IMG/VR virus record: IMGVR_UViG_3300044591_001876
Location: 11,134 to 75,133 of that record
Strand: one strand, 5' to 3'
DNA: 64,000 nucleotides
Source of the DNA: a virus
Lineage: Duplodnaviria; Heunggongvirae; Uroviricota; Caudoviricetes
Both the position numbers and the translations under genes were made by a program. Positions within the stretch are counted from its first letter, which is position 1; each line of letters begins with the position of its first letter. This document shows positions 20,201-26,968 of this stretch, one piece after another. The notes under the pieces were generated by a model that worked only from the letters and a program-made list of their open reading frames with translations, ran no database searches and was not told the DNA's origin.

Positions 20201-21733
20201 TCATTCTGGGGAGGAACGACATATCAAGTTGATCCATCAAATGCCGAAGAATATTTCCTACCTATTGGGGAGCAAAGTTTCAACGAGTTTGGTATTGGTG
20301 ATTATGTTTTAATTGATCGTTCTGTACAAGTTACTGGTCAAGATACTGTATCTTCTCCTGTTGGAGAGCAATATAGTGAATTAGTACAGGTTATTGAACT
20401 TACTAATCTAAACGATATTTCTGATTTACCACTTAGAGTTAAAGTAAAGCGAGCTAGAAATGCTCTTACTGGCGAAGGTTTGATGATATCTGGTCCTAAT
20501 GTTGGATCCAGCACAGGTGTTTATCGTTATCTTAGAACTGATCACCCAGATAATGCTGTTCTTGTAAAATATACTTTAGCAAATGATGTAAGTTATATTG
20601 ATGAAGTAAGTGGATTGAATAATCCTGGTTCGGGAACAGTTCAAACAATTGCTACTGGTGTATTCAGCGGATCTGTAATTCCTGGCGATATTCTGAGATT
20701 TAGTGATAGTGAATTAGCTAATGTTAATGCTATTAATCAGACAACTAATCAACTTTTCAGAATTAATGATGGCGGCAACCCAGCGAATACTGTGTTCCAA
20801 GTTGATTCTACAACTGGTAATACAATTATAGCAGGAACTTTAGATTTAAATAAAACCTTCACACTTATTGGATCTTCAACAACAAATCAAGATAGATTTG
20901 TAATTACTAATGGCACTTCTCAAAGATTTGCTGTTGATAGTGCTACTGGCAACACATGTATTTTTGGAAATCTTGGTGTTGGTGGTTCGACTTGTGATAG
21001 ATTTAAAGTTGATGGCGCTACATCAAATACCACTTTACGTGGTGGAAATCTATTAATTACTGACAACAATCCTGTTGATGATGGTGATGGTGGATTAGTA
21101 TTTGGTCAGAAACTATTCTTACAAAATACTACAGGAAATCTGACTATTTCTGGAACGTTAACTACTGAAGGATCTGGTACTAGCACTTTTGCTGGTGATG
21201 TTAAAATTAACGGCGGTGATTTAACAGTTAATAAGATTGTTAGTGATGGTGATGGTGGAACATTAGAGCAAAAATTATTTGAAATTGGCAATGATGGATC
21301 TATGGATTTTGCTGGAGTAAATGGATTCTTTACTCCATCGGGTGCTAGAAAATGGGTATACGTTGGTGGTGGCGAAGATGTCATCGAGGGGGTTGCTAAT
21401 GTGAATTATTTCCTTTCTCCTTCTGCTGACACCATCTTCAAACTTCCACAAAATCCAACGACTGGTGATATGATTAGAGTAGTAGATGTTGGTGGAAATC
21501 TAACTTATAATATCTCATTGAGATTTAGAGCACCTTCGACTGTTCGTGTTCAGGGAGACAATACAAACTCTGGACAAGGACCAGCTATCGGGTCTACATA
21601 TAATGGTGGTGAACTTGTAGTACAATCTCCAAATGCTGCTCTCGGATTAATTTACATTGGTCCATTAAATTATGATGGTACTACTACTGGGGCTCCTCCA
21701 TCACAACAAGGTTGGTGGTTAATGGAAATCTAA
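11219..21733 (+). CDS. Giant virion structural protein (3504 aa), putative fiber/host-recognition protein with four N-terminal Cys-containing repeats
   Basis: Single uninterrupted ORF; late promoter; four copies of C.RDIGY.VDAV..DL..GGN......A..Y motif between aa ~180 and 1330; beta-rich, T/N/G/S-rich composition typical of fibers. Confidence 0.7.
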   Translation: MALTRLDNLYSSKTGKYLYVSPDDFNATDELDNRGNSPLRPFKTIQRAFIEVARYSYLPGQDNDRFDQFSIMLMPGDHYIDNRPGLIEVDRGEKQRYFDAKELIIANRQEIIDRAFGEIAIEYDEAAWGTDWVVPGDPINSDLNRGFDSYRLIQKNRQEIVDGAFAQIAITHPTFTNPNSAKCQRDIGYFVDAVSLDVLLGGGNRYTRKFLQNYFNNSGTAWIDNGLQGEEAESTTAFNKARDLMKAAVANQLTFKDLTLTIDPLTGSNTTVNSCANIQTTIATLTAIVTDVINDGNLEYLPEETIETIGLGESKCKRDIGYIVDAVAADLANGGNANIVAAAKSYFTKEGLPISNGLLGEEAQSVIAFNAAKVMMKKAVTNQLYSKDLNILSGPAVYNSGGPVVPNLPSGNVATCVDVQATIDTLIGIITTAISDGDITSLANVQITGDIPVFNYNRALEEWQDNSILDLSNPDNVLYKFNASTGGAIVPRGCSLIGYDLRRTIVRPLYVPDPADGTQERTSIFNLTGGCYIWQFTIKDGDLSENSPLYDNNDKVGKVYFQKGNNTQLAIPEYSHHKITIMTYADLDDLDLYYNKVATAFALFQPTIDDGDLEALPQENRIVGPLSDTRSIVNIRLKQSTNPSRTTIVATTKIAHGYFVNQYVAIVDNGLNDLLNGTFKVTAVDQEDPRIFEYQVATTPAILGLDINENGYSNSTTPSLNLSARAQAEIDSVESASPYVFNCSIRSTWGQCGMWADGSKATGFKSMVVAQYTGVSLQRDDRAFIRYDEFSNTWNQASLVDAFATIPYHSKGDAYWKDDWRNFHIRASDDAFIQCVSVFAVGFFDHFLMESGGDMSITNSNSNFGNTSLHAVGFKGFSFNQDKGGYITDIIPVKEIDDSAFNEVELKYYSIALQVSKDVANQTKLYYGSDDSYDPFDRPSTSISGYRLGAKTDEKIYLKLKSPAGTTEEYFSSVTPNGFKKYTVSLETLNPDGISIDNRAQDASNIIETNKTFIQQEAYGYITQKYPNLLTNTNIEISTCERDIGYFVDAVIQDLRLGGNINTIQAAEGYYIGGQLAYISNELNETIEALDYVKNLCISTMRNYDYLIRNCVTTQGSAIVDIGDTSGILIGMKVTQYDYNLINFTDGKLNPGATPVQLNPVIPNNVYVKKIIDANRIELGNLGSKLEQGLSVPANLNSSSAYLYFELPKTTSIVDSDSNLVGSWAATPAKKDNTLIQDTSTWGPTAGNGYPECSGVATIIQEYFVNIFLILNQGLTPLGGKEVDASNLILANKNLIAEEAVDRMLIANPGFVVPGGNQQCTDDVKLIIDAIAYNIKYGGNSRVYDAARVYVLQPNLLNGERTQAVQVYTQVRDLAIQAMRNQVITIQGDHNLTQYIDNTVIGDLSGQAGVYDSANDCADIASTITTFNGIITGAIGTDADPGDLVGITRTEPEFNNVTRVEPVVDTANLASRATLFTVNVGGGTSNPHNFETGTAVRLVPKARESTNPDKRVIRLPRGFQTNTVYYVIAPGRSTSPEDYSDETTYPNTFGPDESTKIMLARTKENAAAGIYIYSSETDSVDEEVEIELQQYVLDETYDLHQYLCNFITGQTDVIQTDVPHVFDVPSTLNTVHKVFFRSFGDPSESELPQITSGGITEPIDTNTYYYARFVTPKTFALFYTPTEAISGTPRITFTAGFGKNFYVFSDKRESPVKFDATLVNADTTTGQWYINTKNEISNQFNIIRRIQELGDTLKDARSKNTFYRRLRDNRTAQDRIYRLRYVIPEYAQGVRDPLNGFVLKARTDETRRLLPQKIVLAPVAVGSPNLAYFEIQLQQPTGGTIAQQLGLPKSQLDLNFEYDPYNINQVKVIDSDKTQSKVSFSIQSARQVNVNGTNLIELTVFDYGITNDQLRNEKFTTVKIDAPQGGTFRFNTLNSVSNNRITWSGFSAGSGYLQGYFNVDGTDEHYLIIKNIDDNKRIEYNSLIDTVFTQPVLDIDGEPVFDGDGNAVLIFAFLQAKENSVGSVNNSLSKSDRKDYLYSIKDSNVLTITPGDIIEDDDSTQYRVISVEDAGQIEDSFYIFDIDEIQRRIPNQQAGIYYLTCLKGNISPFPTGPGVGTNFRNFKFSQPISQLYPLDYKNDPLWFQVRADGSRDTSIVDVPPTICAADNFVHGLVTTNDSKNSETKEVVLDFINNPALNRYDYVVNPIAAQAGNATSGSEDRLIPISGDSPYPTEGRLYVELRRPSIARSGNHTFEYLGFGPGNYSTGFPLRQEVVLSDIQDFYAQSKKEDGGIVFYTGLNSNGDLYIGNRKINAITGEETYLERAQLISSDDETDDLGGLVTTFELPVVFEKDITVDGNANFNNPVTINVEPSEPFALTVVSNLNSSAGEDVTLDSATFALSDIPSEGNIVLSKNNIYSAIFTLNPRGNTALSGQNYSIRTHVNQTNGNIPSNYTPNQELSTLGLNVTFGSASPTPGDILLKGAQVDKTGSLGWIYSNFYDLITSNVFTVTALGSNIVQFTLQVGVTNSQIGITQGSKLKIGGFTGRYANLNGLRTVGTVTTNTFQVISPFIISTSVDDPTIIPAGWSIEISRNSWKEFGVLGAETLRTNTQNYGDFKLGINTLARAKHGTDGDQLTGFVSQAVDPRANLDIVGNAFISGRTLSTSPNNFINNPLLSNRTFNKVDHAFIVGFDPKTNAPQDEVVLRVASTTIGTASNAGGRIGINTTLSELDRNFVVKGNARITNDLKLESNLAINGGSLTTTSTSFNILDTIATDVNAFSVAEELNIANITNENQLINIGNVSNTQEFNIGRFVQTSQLWIHSNSTNSLVDIGTVSESSANTSIIRMGGAFGKLSNVESLFKIRNRYTEIDGNLSIGTYNPPGTGFSEFQTNSREVEMFSRNISTLDFATSVTRLNIGGAGGFTTINNTLVVKNAAEVNGDITLIGGLNAGAFTVRRGSFGTPTTIHVRGNIDLLNVDIFKKVIIQRTIDTQGLSFWGGTTYQVDPSNAEEYFLPIGEQSFNEFGIGDYVLIDRSVQVTGQDTVSSPVGEQYSELVQVIELTNLNDISDLPLRVKVKRARNALTGEGLMISGPNVGSSTGVYRYLRTDHPDNAVLVKYTLANDVSYIDEVSGLNNPGSGTVQTIATGVFSGSVIPGDILRFSDSELANVNAINQTTNQLFRINDGGNPANTVFQVDSTTGNTIIAGTLDLNKTFTLIGSSTTNQDRFVITNGTSQRFAVDSATGNTCIFGNLGVGGSTCDRFKVDGATSNTTLRGGNLLITDNNPVDDGDGGLVFGQKLFLQNTTGNLTISGTLTTEGSGTSTFAGDVKINGGDLTVNKIVSDGDGGTLEQKLFEIGNDGSMDFAGVNGFFTPSGARKWVYVGGGEDVIEGVANVNYFLSPSADTIFKLPQNPTTGDMIRVVDVGGNLTYNISLRFRAPSTVRVQGDNTNSGQGPAIGSTYNGGELVVQSPNAALGLIYIGPLNYDGTTTGAPPSQQGWWLMEI

Positions 21734-21734
21734 G

Positions 21735-23345
21735 ATGCCGAAAAATTACAACGCTGTAAGAACACAAAAGGCATTACCAATTGGATCGGTAATGCCTTGG
21801 ACTGGGGTATTAACTAGAATCCCCAAGGGGTGGCTATTGTGTAATGGTGCTGAAGTTAGAGCCGATGAATATCCTTTGTTAGCTAGAATTCTCAAGGATA
21901 GTTATGGTGGTACTGGTTTCGATGGTTCTTTTCCAGATTATGAGGGAACTTTTAGATTGCCTGCCGTAAATCAAAAAACTCTTGCTGATATAGGACCAGA
22001 ACATTTTAATGCTAACGCTAGTATAGCACCATCATCTATTGATGATATTTCTGCTGGAAATGTTGTCATTCAATATCTTGGAGATGAAGGAGATTTGGGT
22101 CCTCCAACAACTGTTTTTGCTACTACAGATATTAATTTTACCTACACTCCAGATCCAGACGGATTTATTGCTGCTTATACTACTTCTGGATCTGGAATTG
22201 CTACTGGCTCCACACAAGTATTTAAAAATATCTCTGCTACTGGAGGTACTGGAACAGGAGCATTATTTACTGTAATTGTTGCTAGTGACGGAACATATTC
22301 TGTAGCTATTAAAAATAAAGGACAAGGTTATACACAAGGAAATATTTTAACCATAAGTGGAGCTAATATAGGTGGCGGAGGTAATGCTATAGTAACGGTT
22401 GATTCTATAGGTAATTCTTATTTTCAAGGAACTGTTGAAGGGCAAACATTTATTGGTGGGTTTGATGTTCGTTCTGTGTATGTAGTCCCAAGAAAATTGG
22501 GAAGAGATCACATGCCACAGCACGTACACCCAGGATCTTATGAAACGATTAATAAAAATGATTCTGATACAGTTCCTGGTACTGGTGTGGGAGTTTGGGA
22601 CAATCCCCAAATATTTTTAGCTCAAACATATGAGCAAACTAATGGAGACCCTAATGAATTTTGTTTTCCATTAAATCAAAATCCTGACGGTCCTTTAAGT
22701 AGTAATGGTGTTGCCAATTATTGGGGAGATCAAACTGGTCTTAATAGTAATGAAGCAACGGTTGGTTCTTCGAGTAGTCCTTTCCAACAAGGGTATGGAA
22801 AATACGCTCTAGCTGTTATTGGTGGAACAAAACCACCTAGAACACACATACCTATTCAAACTAGTGCCGCTGCTCACGGTGTGGGCAAAACTTGGTTTAC
22901 GTCAGCAAAAAAATTAAGAACTAGATCATCAGGTGAAACAGAAACTTCTGATTTAACTAATATTAGAACTACTGGTAGATTAAATGTAAATAGTTTTGTA
23001 CCATTTTCTGATGAAACAGCTCCAATTAAACAACCAAATTACGATTCGGGGGGCAACGGAAGCGATCAAGCAGATAATTTTAAAAAGACGCTTTATAATA
23101 CTGCCGCTGTTAGTTTTACAGTTACAGCTAAAGCTGACGCTAGTGTAAATGATGTTATTGAAACTCATGACCACGAAAGTGAATTTTTAGTTACTTATGA
23201 TCCAGGTAATTTAAATATTAGAGATTTTATTTCTGTTAATTGTCAGCCAAATGTTATTCCTGATAATGTACCAGAAGCTTTACAAATCGCTTTCACATTA
23301 ACTTCGCCATCATTATCCATAACAAATTTAATTAGGGCATATTAA
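21735..23345 (+). CDS. Tail fiber protein with N-terminal phage tail-collar domain
   Basis: MPWTGVLTRIPKGWLLCNGAEVRADEYPLLARILKDSYGG matches Phage_tail_collar (PKGWLxCDG...YP.L...G..YG) signature; 2 nt after giant ORF stop. Confidence 0.65.
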   Translation: MPKNYNAVRTQKALPIGSVMPWTGVLTRIPKGWLLCNGAEVRADEYPLLARILKDSYGGTGFDGSFPDYEGTFRLPAVNQKTLADIGPEHFNANASIAPSSIDDISAGNVVIQYLGDEGDLGPPTTVFATTDINFTYTPDPDGFIAAYTTSGSGIATGSTQVFKNISATGGTGTGALFTVIVASDGTYSVAIKNKGQGYTQGNILTISGANIGGGGNAIVTVDSIGNSYFQGTVEGQTFIGGFDVRSVYVVPRKLGRDHMPQHVHPGSYETINKNDSDTVPGTGVGVWDNPQIFLAQTYEQTNGDPNEFCFPLNQNPDGPLSSNGVANYWGDQTGLNSNEATVGSSSSPFQQGYGKYALAVIGGTKPPRTHIPIQTSAAAHGVGKTWFTSAKKLRTRSSGETETSDLTNIRTTGRLNVNSFVPFSDETAPIKQPNYDSGGNGSDQADNFKKTLYNTAAVSFTVTAKADASVNDVIETHDHESEFLVTYDPGNLNIRDFISVNCQPNVIPDNVPEALQIAFTLTSPSLSITNLIRAY

Positions 23346-23346
23346 C

Positions 23347-24225
23347 ATGGCAAAATATTACACTAGAGAAAAAGCAAAATATGGTGGTATTACAGGCATC
23401 ATAATGCCCTTTATGGTTAAATTGCCTGATGTTAATATTCCCGATCAATCTACTTGGAAAACTTTATTACCTGCTGGCTATTTGAGATGTGATGGCAGCA
23501 TTCTTTCTGCTGAGGTTTATCCTGGTCTTGCTGCTATTTTAGGAACAGGACAAAATTCTAAATTTGCTAAAAATCCAGATGTTCTTACAAGTAATCAATT
23601 TCAACTTCCGGATTTAGGATCAAAATATGTTAGATGTGCTAATTCAACTGGTCAATATCTTAATCTAACATTGGATCAAGATCCATCAATTACTAAAGTT
23701 GGAGCGGAAACAATAGTACAATCATTGGTTGGAGATTCGGTAACAATTAGATATGGGGGAAGTTTTGAAGTTATTGGTCAAGAAAATTCTTTTGGTGGAA
23801 ACCCTCTATACAAAACTTCTACTGGGTTTGTTTTGAATTCTCCATTAACAGAAGAAAATTTTCAAGCTCACGGTCACGATGCCGATGTTGGGGTGTTTAC
23901 GTATTTGGGTAATTGGACAGATACTTCATATGTTCAAAATAGAGGTAGTAGAGGCGGAAATGATTCACAAACTGAAGGATCTAATAATGTTGTTCCTTTA
24001 GATGGTCCCGAAGGATCTACATTTACAATAAATCATACTCATGGTATTAATTTACCTGGATCAACGGAATTAAAAGATAATACAACACTAAAATATCAAT
24101 TTTTTAATACTGACATTGCTGCTGATGGTCTAGAAAGTGAAGTCATTATTACTACTGAAAATGTTAAAAAATTGGACACTGCTATATCACCTTACATGTT
24201 AGTAGAATTTATTATCAAGATATAA
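23347..24225 (+). CDS. Tail fiber protein with tail-collar domain
   Basis: LPAGYLRCDGSILSAEVYPGLAAILG...QLPDLGSKYVRC collar motif; 292 aa. Confidence 0.6.
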   Translation: MAKYYTREKAKYGGITGIIMPFMVKLPDVNIPDQSTWKTLLPAGYLRCDGSILSAEVYPGLAAILGTGQNSKFAKNPDVLTSNQFQLPDLGSKYVRCANSTGQYLNLTLDQDPSITKVGAETIVQSLVGDSVTIRYGGSFEVIGQENSFGGNPLYKTSTGFVLNSPLTEENFQAHGHDADVGVFTYLGNWTDTSYVQNRGSRGGNDSQTEGSNNVVPLDGPEGSTFTINHTHGINLPGSTELKDNTTLKYQFFNTDIAADGLESEVIITTENVKKLDTAISPYMLVEFIIKI

Positions 24226-24229
24226 AAAT

Positions 24230-25663
24230 ATGCCCAGTCAAGATTTTACTAGTTCGACATCTTGGACAGCACCCTTTGCTTGTAGAAATGTAACTGCTAC
24301 AGCTATCGGTGGTGGTGGATCTGGCTATAAAGATAGAACTGATAATCAAGATGGTGGTGGCGGCGGCGGCGGTGGATTTGCTAGATCTACGAGATCAGTA
24401 GCTGGCGGAACCGTTGTATCCATAACTGTTGGATCTGGTGGTAATCAGCCAGGAAATAATAATTCCAACAACGGCGGAACTACTATAATTAGTGGTGGAC
24501 CATTAGGTGTAACTGCTACTGGGGGGAGAGGAGGCACTGACGGGCAAGGTGGAAATGGTGGTAGTGGATCTGGAGATGAAACTGGTGGTGGACAAGATGG
24601 AACAAAAGATTCCGACAATAACACTACTGGCGGCGAAGGTGGTGGAGCAGGAAGACCAGGAGGTAATTCTGGACGCTGTGGTAATTCTCTGGGGGGACAA
24701 GGAACAAATTTAGATGGGTCTCAGGCAGGATGTACTGGTGGTAAAAGGGGAGGTAATTATGGAGCTGGTGGAGCTGGTAATACTAATGGAGGTGAGGCAG
24801 GCGCTGGCGCTAATGGAGCTGCTCGATTAGTATGGGATTTTCATCCACCACAAATAAATTCATTTACTGCTAGTACTCAAACTAATCCAGTTCCAGGAAC
24901 ATTAAGTAGTACTATAACACTAACTTGGAGCACTACTTATGCTAGCAGTGTAACAATTGATCAAGGAGTTGGTGGAGTTGCTGTTAATTCTGGTGGGTTC
25001 TCAGTTAATACTGGTCTTCAATCTGTCGCTGGATCTAATTCTCCAGCACAAAGAACTTATACAATAACAGCCACTGGTCCTGGAGGAACTGTCACCGCCA
25101 CTGCTACTGCTAGTGTTTATAATGATGGTACTCCAAATGATTACTCCGTACCAAGTCAAACAAATTTAGAACCAAGTACATTAACCAGCATTTCGATTGG
25201 AACAATTACTGGCATAGATGTTACAATTAATGCCCAAGGTGGTCCTGGTGTACAAGTATCAACTAATAATTCTTCTTGGGCTGGATCTGTTTTTGTATCT
25301 AATAACAATCCTTTATTTGTTAGAGCTGTTTCTCCCCCATTCAATACTGATCCATCTGGGTTAACTAATTCTTCTAGTTTTTATGTTGATGTGGGTCCCA
25401 TTCGAAGATTTTTTACCTTAACAACTAGAGCGCCTGATGTCAACGAGACATTTAATTACCCAAATGAAGATGATAGAGTTCCTTTTCCTGATATAGATAC
25501 TATACCCGATCCAGCTGAACCTTATATTATATCTAACACATTAACTGTTGATGATATTGAAATACCTGTAGAAATTAAAACTAATAATTCTAATGTACAA
25601 ATTAGAAAAAAAACTCCTGGCTCATCTGCTTGGGGCGAATGGATCGATATAAGGAGTATTTAA
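24230..25663 (+). CDS. Tail fiber paralog 1: Gly-rich variable N-terminus + conserved C-terminal module
   Basis: N-term ~200 aa ~50% Gly (GGGGGGGG runs); C-terminal ~270 aa closely similar to C-termini of ORFs 25664 and 26969 (…FNTDPSGLTNSS.FYVD.GP.R..FT.TTRAPDV.ETFN…DDIEIPVE.K…W..W.D.RSI). Confidence 0.6.
   Translation: MPSQDFTSSTSWTAPFACRNVTATAIGGGGSGYKDRTDNQDGGGGGGGGFARSTRSVAGGTVVSITVGSGGNQPGNNNSNNGGTTIISGGPLGVTATGGRGGTDGQGGNGGSGSGDETGGGQDGTKDSDNNTTGGEGGGAGRPGGNSGRCGNSLGGQGTNLDGSQAGCTGGKRGGNYGAGGAGNTNGGEAGAGANGAARLVWDFHPPQINSFTASTQTNPVPGTLSSTITLTWSTTYASSVTIDQGVGGVAVNSGGFSVNTGLQSVAGSNSPAQRTYTITATGPGGTVTATATASVYNDGTPNDYSVPSQTNLEPSTLTSISIGTITGIDVTINAQGGPGVQVSTNNSSWAGSVFVSNNNPLFVRAVSPPFNTDPSGLTNSSSFYVDVGPIRRFFTLTTRAPDVNETFNYPNEDDRVPFPDIDTIPDPAEPYIISNTLTVDDIEIPVEIKTNNSNVQIRKKTPGSSAWGEWIDIRSI
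24848..25663 (+). repeat. Conserved C-terminal-module repeat, copy 1 (~0.8 kb)
   Basis: Protein-level identity ~60-75% with copies at 26135-26968 and 27698-28528; long identical nt stretches visible (e.g. TTTAACACAGATCCTTCTGGTTTAACTAA). Confidence 0.6.
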
Positions 25664-26968
25664 ATGCCGTTACCTCCAGCAGTATCAGTAAATTGGACTA
25701 CATCTCAAGTTGGTGTTGGCGCTCCTTTTGGATGGAATATATCAAATAGTGGAAACACTATAAGATTTGATGTACAGGATTCTGCTAATTGTGGCGGTCC
25801 TAATGGTAATGTTCAAAATGGTGTTGCTACAGCAGTATTGAGTGCTCAAGCAAGATTTAATATGACTGTTTCGTTAACTGGTCTGGGAGAAAGTCAAGAT
25901 CCTGGATTTGAAAATATGAGTTTGAGATTCAATGGAGCCGAAATAATTAGAGCAACATCTCCAGGTGGACAACAAGGTTGTGCTGTAGGAAGACCAGTAA
26001 ATCAAACAATAGTAGTTCCTGGCCCATATTTTCTAGCTAAAAATAGCACTAATTCTTTTCAATTAAATTTTAGCACGACAGACTCTTTATTCCACGTTGG
26101 TTGTTTTTATCAATGTAATTTGACTTTTACCTTATTAGATCCTCCAGAAATTTTTGAATTTTATGCTGATCCAAATCCACAAACTAGTGGTATTTTAGGT
26201 GTACCATCAGCAAATACAGCATTTTTTTGGAATACTTTTGGGGCACAAACATTAAACATTAATCAAGGAGTTGGCGAACTTTCTTCGATTGCTGGATCAA
26301 CTGGAACAGTTAACACTGGTCTTCAATCTATCACAGGATCAGTTTCGCCAGCAACTAAAACTTATACACTAACAGCAGCAAATAGTGCTGGCACAACGAC
26401 TGCTCAAACTACAGTATCAGTATATAATGATAATACTCCAACTGGGTTCAGTATACCAAATCAAAATAATGTAGAACCAAATAGTCCTGTAATTATACAA
26501 ACATCAGCAATTGAAGGAATAGACATGATAACTGTTGCTAGTGGTGGTCCAGGTGTTCAAGTTTCTACCAACGGCGTTAATTATGCTAATACAACTACTA
26601 TAAGTAACAATCAACAATTATACGTAAAAGTTTTTTCTTTACCATTTAACACAGATCCTTCTGGTTTAACTAACTCTACTCAGTATTATGTTGATGTTGG
26701 ACCAACTAGATCAACTTTTACAGTGACAACAAGAGCACCAGATGTTAATGAAACCTTCAATTACCCAAATGAAGATGATAGATTACCATCTCCAGATATT
26801 GATACAATACCTGGAACACCAGATTCATATATAACATCGGATACTTTAACGGTTGATGATATTGAAATACCAGTTGAAGTTAAAGTTAGTAATCCAAATG
26901 TTCAAGTGAGAATAAAACCTTCTGGTTCTACTAATTGGAATAATTGGCAAGATGTAAGGAGTATATAA
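25664..26968 (+). CDS. Tail fiber paralog 2: Cys-containing N-terminus + conserved C-terminal module
   Basis: Shares C-terminal ~275 aa with flanking paralogs; N-terminus non-Gly-rich, unique. Confidence 0.6.
   Translation: MPLPPAVSVNWTTSQVGVGAPFGWNISNSGNTIRFDVQDSANCGGPNGNVQNGVATAVLSAQARFNMTVSLTGLGESQDPGFENMSLRFNGAEIIRATSPGGQQGCAVGRPVNQTIVVPGPYFLAKNSTNSFQLNFSTTDSLFHVGCFYQCNLTFTLLDPPEIFEFYADPNPQTSGILGVPSANTAFFWNTFGAQTLNINQGVGELSSIAGSTGTVNTGLQSITGSVSPATKTYTLTAANSAGTTTAQTTVSVYNDNTPTGFSIPNQNNVEPNSPVIIQTSAIEGIDMITVASGGPGVQVSTNGVNYANTTTISNNQQLYVKVFSLPFNTDPSGLTNSTQYYVDVGPTRSTFTVTTRAPDVNETFNYPNEDDRLPSPDIDTIPGTPDSYITSDTLTVDDIEIPVEVKVSNPNVQVRIKPSGSTNWNNWQDVRSI
26135..26968 (+). repeat. Conserved C-terminal-module repeat, copy 2
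   Basis: See copy 1. Confidence 0.6.
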
